Below, one piece after another: positions 41,066-50,895 of a DNA stretch of 64,000 bases. The notes below the pieces were generated by a model that made no database searches, was not told the origin of the DNA, and was given only the letters and a program-made list of their open reading frames with translations. The DNA is taken from the IMG/VR virus record IMGVR_UViG_3300045588_000033, positions 27,511 to 91,510 of that record, one strand, 5' to 3'. The translations under genes and the position numbers were made by a program. This stretch comes from a virus. Each line of letters begins with the position of its first letter. Position 1 is the first letter of the stretch.

Positions 41066-41683
41066 TTAATTGAATTCCCCACTTGGCTCTAGTTTGCTAT
41101 CGGTATAAGCAAATTCTTTAAGCATATTATTGTCTAACTTTTCCACATCTCTATCTATAATAGGCCAAACTTCTTGGTCATATAAATACGCAGGAGCTGT
41201 AGGAGAAGATAATCTATCTTCCCAACTATCTTTTAGAGACTCAGATTTATTTAATATCAATGGCAGCGTAAATGCTTTACCAGAAAAGAAGTGATTACTA
41301 AGAATTAATTTCTTAGCAACAGCACTTATCTCTGAATATTTGCCATTTAATATTAAAGTATAATCGGGTAACATTTCTTCGGACACTGCATACACCATAA
41401 TAAGATAATTATTCTTCTCATAGGAATCCCTATAATTAGGAAATGCTCTCATTGTGGTGTAAAATGTTTCAAAATCTACATCTCGGTAATTCTTAATCAA
41501 TAAAAATATACAATTTTCTCTATACAAAGCAACGTTCTCATCAAATAAATAAGAGTTTATAAATCTTAGAGTAAACATTTGTTTACCTAAAATAGTTTTA
41601 ACATTGCAAGTAAATAGTGCTTTAGGAATTTCTAATAATGGAAACAAAAAGGTAGAAGTTTTAGTATATTTAACTAAACTCAT
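41066..41683 (-). CDS. Conserved crAss-like hypothetical protein
   Basis: TKTSTFLFPLL...GKYSEIS...EVW; lies between the exonuclease and UDG-like genes. Confidence 0.55.
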   Translation of the reverse strand: MSLVKYTKTSTFLFPLLEIPKALFTCNVKTILGKQMFTLRFINSYLFDENVALYRENCIFLLIKNYRDVDFETFYTTMRAFPNYRDSYEKNNYLIMVYAVSEEMLPDYTLILNGKYSEISAVAKKLILSNHFFSGKAFTLPLILNKSESLKDSWEDRLSSPTAPAYLYDQEVWPIIDRDVEKLDNNMLKEFAYTDSKLEPSGEFN

Positions 41684-42693
41684 ACTTCAATATTTAGTTT
41701 GCCTCCATTTTTATAATACTCCATGGGAAATTTCCAAGCATTATTATCTAATGCATATTGCAGTCTGTCTAAAGCATCAATAAAACCTTCTAGTTTTCTG
41801 CCGTTGCTTAAAGTCCCACCGTGAAATCCTATCTCCATTACGTCTGCATCTACTTCAAAAATCATAGGATCATTGTGCAAATTAGTTTCAACTACAATAT
41901 ACAGAAAATCTGCAACTGTGTAACCGTTATCCCATAATTCTTTTACTTTAGGATGTTGTAGTAAGCCCCAAGAGTACACAGTAGCTTGGAAATCATAGCG
42001 GTAAGTAAAGAATTCATATTGAAACCCAGTAATAGGTTTACCCGTAGTTTTAAAGTCAATCGGAGTTATAATTTTATCAGTGTGATTTACACAAACTCTG
42101 TCTAACTCTCCTTTTAAATCAAATCCTTTAAAGTTAAATTCTATAATAAACTTATCCCAGAATTCTACGTTTTTATCATGTTTTCTATCTACATACGGCT
42201 TAGTAAATTCATCAGACTTAAGAGCCATTACACAACTTAAAGCTTTAGCATACTCAGTTTCTGTAATAGTAGTCTTGCCTTGAGTAGTCTTTAATAGCTC
42301 AAAATAATCTTTACCGTCTACTAGAATTTTATCTATTCTAGTATCATCTTTCCAATTATTATAATAGCCTACATTGTTGCAATGTTTAAGAATTACATTT
42401 CTATCTACACTTACAGTTCCTCCTAATGCTGCCATCTCTGCAAAAACTCCATCTACGATAGCCTTTACTGCCTCACTACACTTAGACTCATCAGGTATTT
42501 TAACAAACTTCTCCTCAAACTCGTCCTTAGATCCTACCAACATTATATCTACAACACTGCCAAACACAAAATGAGGAGCGATAGACTGCTCCCCATTTTC
42601 TTGTTTTTCTTTTGCTTTTAGATATTCTTTAGGGCTTGTAAGTATCTTTTTAAGGATACTTTGATTCAACTTTTTAATATCTCTATACTCCAT
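41680..42693 (-). CDS. PD-(D/E)XK exonuclease (RecE/DUF3799-like)
   Basis: LKGELD..PIDFKTT..YRYDFQATVY; FGSVVD. Confidence 0.8.
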   Translation of the reverse strand: MEYRDIKKLNQSILKKILTSPKEYLKAKEKQENGEQSIAPHFVFGSVVDIMLVGSKDEFEEKFVKIPDESKCSEAVKAIVDGVFAEMAALGGTVSVDRNVILKHCNNVGYYNNWKDDTRIDKILVDGKDYFELLKTTQGKTTITETEYAKALSCVMALKSDEFTKPYVDRKHDKNVEFWDKFIIEFNFKGFDLKGELDRVCVNHTDKIITPIDFKTTGKPITGFQYEFFTYRYDFQATVYSWGLLQHPKVKELWDNGYTVADFLYIVVETNLHNDPMIFEVDADVMEIGFHGGTLSNGRKLEGFIDALDRLQYALDNNAWKFPMEYYKNGGKLNIEV

Positions 42694-42695
42694 AT

Positions 42696-43226
42696 TTATT
42701 TTTTTATTAATCCTCGTACTAAATCTTCAAGAGTTAATTCTAGTGTTTTAATTTCATACACTAACTTTCTATCTTTAAAATTTAATACAGGGATGAATTC
42801 GTAACTAGTTTTTCTTAGATGTTTAATATTATCTTCGGGAATAATTCCTTTCTTGATTAATACATCATCTAAGCACTTAAGCCAAATTAATGCTAAGTTT
42901 CCTATATCCCAATTTGGTTCATAGTCCGCTGCAGCAGGTTTCCAGCTTACTTTTCTTTTTCCCGTGACCTTGTCAATAATCATTTTCATTCCTCCAAAAT
43001 TTATTGGAGCATACACCGTAAGACGAGTTTCTACTGGGCCTTGTATTGTTAAATTTTCTGGAATATGTTTTTCTATATAACCGTGCATAGCCGCAACTAA
43101 GGCGGCTCTTGTTGAAAAATGCACGGATGCATGGATTTTATTATAACCAATTTTAACCCATACTTTCTTATTTTGTGGTATATGCGTAATAAATTCTGGG
43201 AACTCTAATTTAAGTTCACTAACCAT
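42696..43226 (-). CDS. RusA-like Holliday junction resolvase
   Basis: WDIGNL..WLKCLDDVL..IIPEDN resembles the RusA DxDN..K..D..DD pattern. Confidence 0.6.
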   Translation of the reverse strand: MVSELKLEFPEFITHIPQNKKVWVKIGYNKIHASVHFSTRAALVAAMHGYIEKHIPENLTIQGPVETRLTVYAPINFGGMKMIIDKVTGKRKVSWKPAAADYEPNWDIGNLALIWLKCLDDVLIKKGIIPEDNIKHLRKTSYEFIPVLNFKDRKLVYEIKTLELTLEDLVRGLIKK

Positions 43227-43236
43227 ATTTGTGTTT

Positions 43237-44409
43237 TTATAACCATTGAAGGTCCGATTCGCTAATAGCAGGAATATCCCCTATTACTGTTTCTTCCGCT
43301 ATTACTATTGGAATAAAATCAGGCATTGTAGTGTAATTGTAATTGCTATTGACAATCTGTAAAACTTGATCAATTGCAGTAACACTTTTAACTCTGAAGT
43401 ATCTAGAACTTCCGTGATTTACTATTTGTTTAGAATACTTAGTCATTAGAATATTTAACATATCTTCAGTTAATACTCCTTTAAGAATTAAACTATCTAC
43501 AATAGTATCTAGTTTACTTTCTAATGAGTAATTATCTTTGCCTAAATAAGACAATAATGCTTTGAAATTAACGTGATTTTTAGTATGACTTTCTGCAATT
43601 GCATTATAATGTTCTTTAAACAGCAAGTGAATATAAAGTAAACTTTCCTTATACTTACTATTTGCCATAATTTCCATTGCAATTACTGTGTTATCTAAAT
43701 CGCTACTTTTAAACATTTGTGCTAACTGCTCATAAACTACTTCATCTATTACAACAGCATCGTCACCATTTAAATTAGAAACTAAACTGCCGTCACTGTA
43801 AATAGATTTTGATAATACAAATTCTAAAACTTTAGCTTCTGCAGTTGAAATAATTTCTACACAAGAAGAACTTCTTGCTGCATGCGCCAAACTTGCTTGA
43901 TTAACAATATCAGATTTATAGATTTTTAAATCTTCATTAGTAATTAAACTCAATGACTGCCAATCTAAATATACTATATCTTCAGTATAAAATTCTAAAG
44001 CTGTTTCCACTGCTGCTACTTGTTTTATATCTAAAGAAGATTTAAGAATTTCAAAACAACTTTTAAAATTTACTAAAGGTATAGTATAAAACCATTTAGA
44101 TTCTAACATTTTGCCTAAAGAATGCTTATTAGCAAATATTGCTGTAGCATCTTCTATATTCTTAACTACTTTGATATTATAATCTAAAATAAGATTTTTT
44201 AACTTAACTCTAGGAATATTTACATTAGGCATAAAATATAATTTATCGCCTATTTTAGGAGTATAATCTGCACCAGAATGATAATCAAAGTTTTCTTGCT
44301 CTTCGTTATCTACAACAATAATTGTCTCTACATCCAAATACAATCTTTTAATGCTGTTATCAGGATTTACTTCCGAACCTTCTGTACTAAATACTAAAAT
44401 ATTTTTCAT
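43237..44409 (-). CDS. Hypothetical protein (BRCT-like N-terminal region) linked to MoxR/vWA
   Basis: 390 aa; LYFMPNVNIPRVKLK...KVVKNIEDATAIF. Confidence 0.5.
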   Translation of the reverse strand: MKNILVFSTEGSEVNPDNSIKRLYLDVETIIVVDNEEQENFDYHSGADYTPKIGDKLYFMPNVNIPRVKLKNLILDYNIKVVKNIEDATAIFANKHSLGKMLESKWFYTIPLVNFKSCFEILKSSLDIKQVAAVETALEFYTEDIVYLDWQSLSLITNEDLKIYKSDIVNQASLAHAARSSSCVEIISTAEAKVLEFVLSKSIYSDGSLVSNLNGDDAVVIDEVVYEQLAQMFKSSDLDNTVIAMEIMANSKYKESLLYIHLLFKEHYNAIAESHTKNHVNFKALLSYLGKDNYSLESKLDTIVDSLILKGVLTEDMLNILMTKYSKQIVNHGSSRYFRVKSVTAIDQVLQIVNSNYNYTTMPDFIPIVIAEETVIGDIPAISESDLQWL

Positions 44410-44414
44410 AATCT

Positions 44415-45365
44415 TTATTTTATGGCCATATTAGCGACCTTTGCGTTTAACATTATTTTACTAAATTTAGGCTTATTACCATTTAACAGCTCCTTAATGA
44501 TATAATACTTCAAATCGTCTGTGAAAGACTCACAATCGGTAGTTATAGCCACTAATCTTTGGATTATAGGGTCAGCAATACTGCTGGTTGCAGCTTTAGT
44601 TATAGAATAATTAATAATTCTAGTAGCTACTACACTTGAGATATCTGCTCTAAACTCATCACCTTCACCAATCATATCTTTTAAAGAGCCAAATACATAG
44701 CCTGCATCTTTTGTTAAGATATCTTCAGGGCTTATAATTTTATCTAACTTATTATTGATAAACATAGTAAACATAGAACTAAAGTCTGTTCCAACGGAAC
44801 CTTCACCAATCATTTGAATCATTGGTAACTCATCATCAAACTTTTGAATAGAACTAATAGAGTTAAAGAATGTAGTTACAGATCTTGGATTAACTCTTTG
44901 AGTTACTAATTCAGGATTCATCAACATAAAGTTGATACATCTACCATCTATTCCTACATTTTCTGCCCATTTAGCCCATACGTTAACATCATACTTTAGC
45001 TCAACAGAAATAAATCTAGTTTGCTGCGCAACATCTAATGAAGTTACATTGTAATCACCATTGTCAGGATTAGAAGAAAGGATAACGTGCCAGTTCTTAG
45101 GCAATTTCCAAGAAATATACTCTTGACGGTCACATATTTCCATTACAGCTTGCTGAAATCTATGGTCAGCTCTTGAGAAATCATCTAATAATAAGAATCC
45201 ACCTTCACCTTTACCTTGAATCCATTCTGGTGCAGCATGTGTCATTCTTTTATCTACAACTCTATAGCCTTTCTCACCTGCAGTAGCAATCTCTTGCTCA
45301 GTAATCCATAAAGTTTTACCTTCTGCATTCTTAACTTTATATTCTTTAACAGGGAAACCAATTAA
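44415..45365 (-). CDS. MoxR-type AAA+ ATPase, exon 2
   Basis: Walker B LLLDDFSRAD, SSNPD, Arg finger QQTRF; joins exon 1 to give ELGD|LIGFP. Confidence 0.85.
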   Translation of the reverse strand, partial: LIGFPVKEYKVKNAEGKTLWITEQEIATAGEKGYRVVDKRMTHAAPEWIQGKGEGGFLLLDDFSRADHRFQQAVMEICDRQEYISWKLPKNWHVILSSNPDNGDYNVTSLDVAQQTRFISVELKYDVNVWAKWAENVGIDGRCINFMLMNPELVTQRVNPRSVTTFFNSISSIQKFDDELPMIQMIGEGSVGTDFSSMFTMFINNKLDKIISPEDILTKDAGYVFGSLKDMIGEGDEFRADISSVVATRIINYSITKAATSSIADPIIQRLVAITTDCESFTDDLKYYIIKELLNGNKPKFSKIMLNAKVANMAIK

Positions 45366-45631
45366 CATTATTTGTTATCTCTAAGGCTCTTTATCCTTAG
45401 ATTCTGCATCTTTATATATACATGCAGTTCAGACTATATCATCACATTTCTATTATAGCTATTCTTGGTAGAATATCAAAATGTGTTCTGCGCTCGTGGA
45501 TAATTTACCTCCATCACCACATGGTAAGGTTACTATATCTAGTCGTTGCTCCTTACTTATATTTCTATAAGTCTTGGGTCAGTATTGTCCATTTCAGGAT
45601 GTTCACTGAGTTCACAGAATTTAAAGGGGAC

Positions 45632-46381
45632 CTAATTGGTTTTTAATTTTATTTCAATATTAAAATTTGTTTTTCCAGATACTATCATCTTAGAGAAAAA
45701 TTCCCATGCATTTTTTACATTATTAAAAGCAAATTCGCCTTCAGAATAAAAATTAAAATGTTTACCCAAATAATTTGGATTTACATCGAATTTTTTTATA
45801 GAAGTTTTGCTATTAGAATATCTTAATCTTATTCCGTCTTTACTTATACCCTTAATATAACCTCCAGTTAATCTTTGTACGTCTTTTTTAGTAATATTTA
45901 ATTTTTCAGAAGCTTCTTCTTTGTCTTTAAAAGACTTTAAATAATTTCCAAAATAATCATATACTTCGACTGTACAAAAATCAAATTTAGTTTTATACTT
46001 TCCAGCCGCTCTACCATCAATAATTGATTTTGATAATTTTTGCTTACTATATATTGATAAAGTTTTAAGAACAGGATCTAATTGTAAATTAAAATTAGGT
46101 TTTAATGCATCTATGTAATATTTTTCTCTTAAAATTCTAGATTCTGGTGAACAAAATTCTAATATTTCGTATTTAAAACTGTTTATACCGTATTTATTAA
46201 AAGCTTTTTGCATAAAATCATTTGAATGTTTGTTATTCAAAAGTTTTTGCCTATGTTCTAATAATCTATCGTATAAAGTTTTAGAACTACCTACGTATGT
46301 TCTAGAATTACATGTTATCATGTATATCCCAGATTTTTGTCTTAGTTCTTTTGCACTCAATTGAAGAATTGATGTTTTCAT
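45632..46381 (-). CDS. GIY-YIG homing endonuclease (intron-encoded)
   Basis: SGIYMI..YVGSS..R..H..HSN..E..FN motifs; NUMOD-like C-terminal part; ATG at 46381. Confidence 0.9.
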   Translation of the reverse strand: MKTSILQLSAKELRQKSGIYMITCNSRTYVGSSKTLYDRLLEHRQKLLNNKHSNDFMQKAFNKYGINSFKYEILEFCSPESRILREKYYIDALKPNFNLQLDPVLKTLSIYSKQKLSKSIIDGRAAGKYKTKFDFCTVEVYDYFGNYLKSFKDKEEASEKLNITKKDVQRLTGGYIKGISKDGIRLRYSNSKTSIKKFDVNPNYLGKHFNFYSEGEFAFNNVKNAWEFFSKMIVSGKTNFNIEIKLKTN

Positions 46382-46384
46382 ATA

Positions 46385-46392
46385 CAAATATA
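46385..46392 (-). promoter_or_regulatory. TATATTTG -7 element inside the intron, upstream of GIY-YIG
   Basis: TAnnTTTG 3 nt before the HEG ATG. Confidence 0.5.
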
Positions 46393-46421
46393 ATTAAATA
46401 TTTGCTAAAAACTAAATATTA

Positions 46422-46640
46422 ATCCCCTAATTCTTCTAATTGTGATAGATTTAATTTAACTACCTCTAGACCTAATTCAGAACCCGACTGCAATATTGCA
46501 GAAGTTTTTCCTAGACCAGCATCACCTACTACATTAATAGTAACAGGTACTTTACCTTGAGTTTGGATAAACTGATTATTATTCACAATATGCTTGATAA
46601 ATGATTTTAACTCATCTACATTTAATTTTACTTGACTCAT
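46422..46640 (-). CDS. MoxR-type AAA+ ATPase, exon 1
   Basis: Walker A GDAGLGKT; ends ...QLEELGD at the 5' splice site. Confidence 0.85.
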
Positions 46641-46650
46641 ATTTAATTTT

Positions 46651-47832
46651 TTAAAGTTCTAATTTTATTACTTTCCCAGGAAGGGCTTCATTCATACTTG
46701 ATTGTTCAGACAATACCCATAATACTTTCTTTGAAGGCTTTTTATTAGTATAACATTCACCATCAGTGAAATATATTAAACTAGTAAATTGTGTATTTTT
46801 TTCAAAATAATCTAATACGGGGTCAAATTCTGTCCCACCTCTACCAGATATTTTTAATTCAAACTTGCCTTTGTAATCTTCAATACTGTGAATTTCAGTA
46901 TCACATTGAACAATAGTAATCTCTACACCTGCTTTGTAAATATGATATATTTCATTCATAAATTCTCCAAGCTCTTGAGTACTAACAGATCCAGAGGTAT
47001 CAATAGCTAATAGCATCTTTTGTCTCATTTTAATTTTAAGACCAGGATTACCTTCGTATCTTTTATTCTCTTTTCTGCGTATCTTCTTAGTAAATACCTT
47101 TGTGCTAATTCCAGTAAATCTTCTAATATATCCCTTCCAATCAAATTTTGGAGGTAATATTACATCTAATTGAATTAGATCGTTCATCTCACCAGGAACA
47201 ATACCTTGCTTCTTTAAAGTCTGTTCTTTAGCGGTGCCTAAGAGCCTTTGCGTTTGCTTGTCTATTAGCTTTTGCTCTGCCTCAGATAAATCTTCGAACT
47301 CGTCCCATGTGCTATGGTCAGGCAGACCTTCACCGTCACCGTCCATTTGGTCACATAATTTATCAAATGCATCACTGCCACTAGTACCAGTTTGATCTTT
47401 TTTATCCTTAGCTTGCTTAAGCTTGTCATAGTAATATCTACAACCTGCTTTTCTATCTAAATTTAATTCTGGATATTTGTCAATATCAATGCCTCCTGTA
47501 GGTAACCATTCAGGAATAATATATTGATTAATCTCCATATCCATAGCTACATTAGCTAATTGTCTATCACTAAATTTAAATACAGCACTCAAATGGCCAA
47601 AAGCAATATGCAAAAGCTCATGTTTTAGAAGACCTAATCTATGGTCTTCCGATAACTCTTCCCAAAAAGTAGGATTAATGACTAGCTGATAATTTATTCC
47701 TTGTTTACCAACGCCAGCCGTGGGTACTCTTGTGTACCATAATTTATTTAATAAAATGAGAAAGAACCCGTAATAGGGCTCTTTCATCATTAAATCTTTA
47801 CTAGTTTTACTTAATGTGTCCGCTCTATTCAT
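46651..47832 (-). CDS. Metallopeptidase plus vWA domain protein (DUF2201-like), MoxR partner
   Basis: HELLH zinc motif; MIDAS DTSGS..GGT..FTDG. Confidence 0.85.
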   Translation of the reverse strand: MNRADTLSKTSKDLMMKEPYYGFFLILLNKLWYTRVPTAGVGKQGINYQLVINPTFWEELSEDHRLGLLKHELLHIAFGHLSAVFKFSDRQLANVAMDMEINQYIIPEWLPTGGIDIDKYPELNLDRKAGCRYYYDKLKQAKDKKDQTGTSGSDAFDKLCDQMDGDGEGLPDHSTWDEFEDLSEAEQKLIDKQTQRLLGTAKEQTLKKQGIVPGEMNDLIQLDVILPPKFDWKGYIRRFTGISTKVFTKKIRRKENKRYEGNPGLKIKMRQKMLLAIDTSGSVSTQELGEFMNEIYHIYKAGVEITIVQCDTEIHSIEDYKGKFELKISGRGGTEFDPVLDYFEKNTQFTSLIYFTDGECYTNKKPSKKVLWVLSEQSSMNEALPGKVIKLEL

Positions 47833-48829
47833 ACTTCTTAATTTTTAATTTTACAATATCCACAGCTTCTTGCTTACCTACTACTCTAACTAAGTCACTA
47901 AAGTCTGTAACTTTAGGCATTTCAGGCACAAAGAAATATGGAATATCATACTTTTCTGTGAAGCTCTTGGACAATTTCTTACCCGCTTCATCATTGTCAA
48001 ATAGACAAATTACTTTTTTAAATCTAGATTTATATTCATCCATTACTGAATCTTTCATCATTACACTTTCAGATTGTAGGCCTATGGCAGGTATATCTAA
48101 ACAATCGTGAATACTCATAACATCTTTTAAAGACTTAGTAATAATTAACATATCACCAGATTTAGGCAATTGTGTATAACCTTGGTGTACAGAATAATCT
48201 GCATTATTAATCCATTTTTTAATTTTAATCTCTGTTGGTTGATAGATTTTATAACTTACTCTATTATCTTTTATTTCCACATAAGCATAAGCTTGTTCAT
48301 GGGCCTTAACGGCAGTGTCGTTATAAAACACATAACTAATAGGATGTACATTAAATTTTAATAATGTAGCTTTACAAATACCAAAAGAATTCCAAAATTC
48401 TTTATCTCTATAATTCCAGGGCCTTGTTTTAATTCCCAATTTAATTTTATCCTTATGAATAATTCTTGTATAAGATATCACTTGCTTAGTAAGATCTACA
48501 CTAAAATTGGATAGTCCTAAATCAAAAGTAATTTTCTTTAAAGCTTCAGGATAATCAACATTAAACATTCTCATAACTAATACTACAAAGTCACCACAAT
48601 CTTTTGTGGCAAAGTCATAAAACATTAGAATGTTTCTATTTACCTTGTGAAAATACAAGGCAAACGATGGAATATTATCTTCCCGTAAAGGACTATGAAA
48701 TATTCCTAAATGTGTAATATCTTCTCCCAAATAAAACGAATAGATTTCTTCTTGCGTAACATGCTTAAGAATGTCCTCCCTCGTAATCTGACTATTAAAT
48801 ACTATTGAATTTAGATTGATTTCTTTCAT
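47825..48829 (-). CDS. dnaG: DNA primase (DnaG-like, Toprim)
   Basis: SPLREDNIPSF..DFA..GD N-terminal domain; ITKSLKDVM and LFDNDEAG..DFSD Toprim motifs. Confidence 0.85.
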   Translation of the reverse strand: MKEINLNSIVFNSQITREDILKHVTQEEIYSFYLGEDITHLGIFHSPLREDNIPSFALYFHKVNRNILMFYDFATKDCGDFVVLVMRMFNVDYPEALKKITFDLGLSNFSVDLTKQVISYTRIIHKDKIKLGIKTRPWNYRDKEFWNSFGICKATLLKFNVHPISYVFYNDTAVKAHEQAYAYVEIKDNRVSYKIYQPTEIKIKKWINNADYSVHQGYTQLPKSGDMLIITKSLKDVMSIHDCLDIPAIGLQSESVMMKDSVMDEYKSRFKKVICLFDNDEAGKKLSKSFTEKYDIPYFFVPEMPKVTDFSDLVRVVGKQEAVDIVKLKIKKYE

Positions 48830-48862
48830 AAAAAAATGAGGAGGACATTAGTGTCCCCCTCA
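48830..48862 (-). terminator. Rho-independent terminator between the SSB-like gene and primase
   Basis: Minus strand TGAGGGGGACA ctaa TGTCCTCCTCA followed by TTTTTTT, then the primase ATG. Confidence 0.7.
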
Positions 48863-48883
48863 GTAAAATTAATTATTTTTTTC

Positions 48884-49477
48884 TCACCACTCGTCTCCAG
48901 CAACAATATCATTTGCATTAGCAGTTCCGCTAGCAACAAATGAATCTTTTTGGATACGTGCCATTGCATCGATATTACCTGCTTTTAAGCGAGTATCAGC
49001 GATAGCAACAGACATTGGCTCCAAGAAAGGCACCCAACTTCTTGGCTGAATATAATCCTTAATTCCTTGAGTAGAACCATAATTAGCAAATACTCGGAAT
49101 TTAAGACCTGTACCTAATCCAGTACGGATAAGTTGCATACAACCGTCTAACAATTCTTTAGCGCTGTTAAATCCTGTAGGAAATTGGTAAGCATCTCCAT
49201 AAATTGCATGAATAACATGCTTAAGAACTTTACCTTGCTTTTGGATTAGCTCAGCAACTGTAGAGTAATCTGTAGCTTTTTCTACATACCAAAAACTTGT
49301 GTTACAAGTTCCACCATCTGCATCGGTAAATGATAACTTGTAGTCAGGAGAATTAGGCTTATCATCAGCCTTTTTCTTTTCTACTGTCATCATAACATTT
49401 TCTGCTACACCTGCATTTCCGCCATTGAAAATTGCTTTACCCTCTGCATCAAATGATGCGTCATTTAAATTGATCAT
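48884..49477 (-). CDS. Putative single-stranded DNA-binding protein
   Basis: 197 aa in the replication block; acidic tail with terminal aromatic residue (GDEW). Confidence 0.45.
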   Translation of the reverse strand: MINLNDASFDAEGKAIFNGGNAGVAENVMMTVEKKKADDKPNSPDYKLSFTDADGGTCNTSFWYVEKATDYSTVAELIQKQGKVLKHVIHAIYGDAYQFPTGFNSAKELLDGCMQLIRTGLGTGLKFRVFANYGSTQGIKDYIQPRSWVPFLEPMSVAIADTRLKAGNIDAMARIQKDSFVASGTANANDIVAGDEW

Positions 49478-49525
49478 ATTGTTTATTATTTAAAATTGTT
49501 AATTATTTACTTACTTAATTACTTC

Positions 49526-50149
49526 TTACCAAACTCCTTCTTCGTCGTTCTCTTCTTCGTCTTCTTCTAGTTCAAGCATTTCATCGACTTCATCTTCGAT
49601 AGTCTCTTCCACTAAAGCATCTTCTACTTCCCTAGTGTGGTCTGCCATTTCGTAAAGAGCTCCTCCTTCAGGTGTTCCAGGAATAGTAGATAGATCGGCA
49701 TCCATATCTTCTTCGTCAGATACTTCACCTAAATCTACAGTATTAAATTCCATTACTTCTTCAGCAACTGCTGTTCTAAGAACTAATTCAGAATATCCTG
49801 CTAAAGGGAGAACATCAAAATGATTCTCTACTTCAGTATTTAATCCTAATCTTTTAGCAATAAACTCGTAAGTTTTCTTATCACTAATAGTACATGATTG
49901 AGTTAAACCGAATCCTTCGATTTCTCCAAATACTTTACGAATAAAGATTTGCGCACCATCAGCTGTAAAACCGAAAGAAACTCTTTCTCCTCCATCGATT
50001 CCTAAAGAAACTTGCGCTGCTTTATTAAAACTAAACTTTCTACCTGCTCCTACTTTAGCGATTGCAGACATTGTCATTGTTGGTAATGAGAAAGACTCTT
50101 CTTTCTTCTTTCTCTGTGTCGGAACTGCGTCCCAAATTAAATCTTGCAT
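49526..50149 (-). CDS. Hypothetical protein with highly acidic C-terminus
   Basis: 207 aa ending EEDEEENDEEGVW. Confidence 0.6.
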   Translation of the reverse strand: MQDLIWDAVPTQRKKKEESFSLPTMTMSAIAKVGAGRKFSFNKAAQVSLGIDGGERVSFGFTADGAQIFIRKVFGEIEGFGLTQSCTISDKKTYEFIAKRLGLNTEVENHFDVLPLAGYSELVLRTAVAEEVMEFNTVDLGEVSDEEDMDADLSTIPGTPEGGALYEMADHTREVEDALVEETIEDEVDEMLELEEDEEENDEEGVW

Positions 50150-50174
50150 TGTTTTACTTTTTATTGGTTATTTA

Positions 50175-50849
50175 TTAAATTGAATAATATTCTCTTATGA
50201 CTGCGTTTACCTCTACTAGATCATTATCTACTAGAGCTTCTTCAAACATTTCAATAGGAGTTTTGCACGTATCTGTACCAGAATTTAAGGTTCTAAATAC
50301 GTGACGATTTGGTGCCCCAGGTGTCTTTACAATTTCTGCATAAAACACAATAGAACTAAAGCTTTCAGGCACAAAGCGCTCAAGCATCCGTCCCTGTACA
50401 CCGATTCTTTCTGTAGAGAAACCACCATCATCATAGTGAGTTTCTGGATGAGCAAATAAATATACAATGATATCTTCTCTTAATTTATCATTAATGATAT
50501 TAATTAAGTCATATTGATTAGCGGCAAATTTGCCATACTTATCAAAACCTTTTTCTGCTCGAAAAGAAGGATTCATTACTGCATCTGTCATTATACGACT
50601 CCATGTGTCGATGATAACAGTTTTGATTTTTTTATTACCATGTGCCCGCTTTAAGGTACCAATTACTACTTGCACATCAGAAGTCTTGACATAATTGTCA
50701 TTCTCTTCATTGTACTTTAAGTTAAATTGTTTAAACGGAAGCGCTTTTTGATCCGTATTAATGATAATTGTTTCCTCTGGATTTAGGTTCCGTAATGAGG
50801 TAGATTTTCCTGTGCCGCTTTTTCCAACGACAAACACGAGTTGACCCAT
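50175..50849 (-). CDS. AAA_24/Sak4-like ATPase (single-strand annealing recombinase family)
   Basis: GKSGTGKSTS Walker A, VIIDT Walker B, AHPE, CKTP motifs. Confidence 0.75.
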   Translation of the reverse strand: MGQLVFVVGKSGTGKSTSLRNLNPEETIIINTDQKALPFKQFNLKYNEENDNYVKTSDVQVVIGTLKRAHGNKKIKTVIIDTWSRIMTDAVMNPSFRAEKGFDKYGKFAANQYDLINIINDKLREDIIVYLFAHPETHYDDGGFSTERIGVQGRMLERFVPESFSSIVFYAEIVKTPGAPNRHVFRTLNSGTDTCKTPIEMFEEALVDNDLVEVNAVIREYYSI

Positions 50850-50895
50850 AAATTGTTGATTTTTAGATTGTTTACTTTATTAAAGATAAGGATTT

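Larger units (their letters stand above)
45366..46421 (-). ncRNA. Group I intron in the MoxR ATPase gene
   Basis: Exon ends in U and intron ends in G; P (AACTCAGTGAA), Q (AATACTGACC), R (GCAACGACTA) and S (GATATAGTCTGA) elements; IGS GTCCCC pairs the exon GGGGAT. Confidence 0.9.

Noticed and set aside
41048-41075. Short inverted repeat AAGAG-GGGAA-CTCTT as a terminator
   Set aside because: The stem is weak and has no clear U-tract
45422-45646. Plus-strand 74-aa ORF ending GDLIGF, mirroring the ATPase junction
   Set aside because: It is the antisense of the intron core; the match arises because the IGS is complementary to both exons
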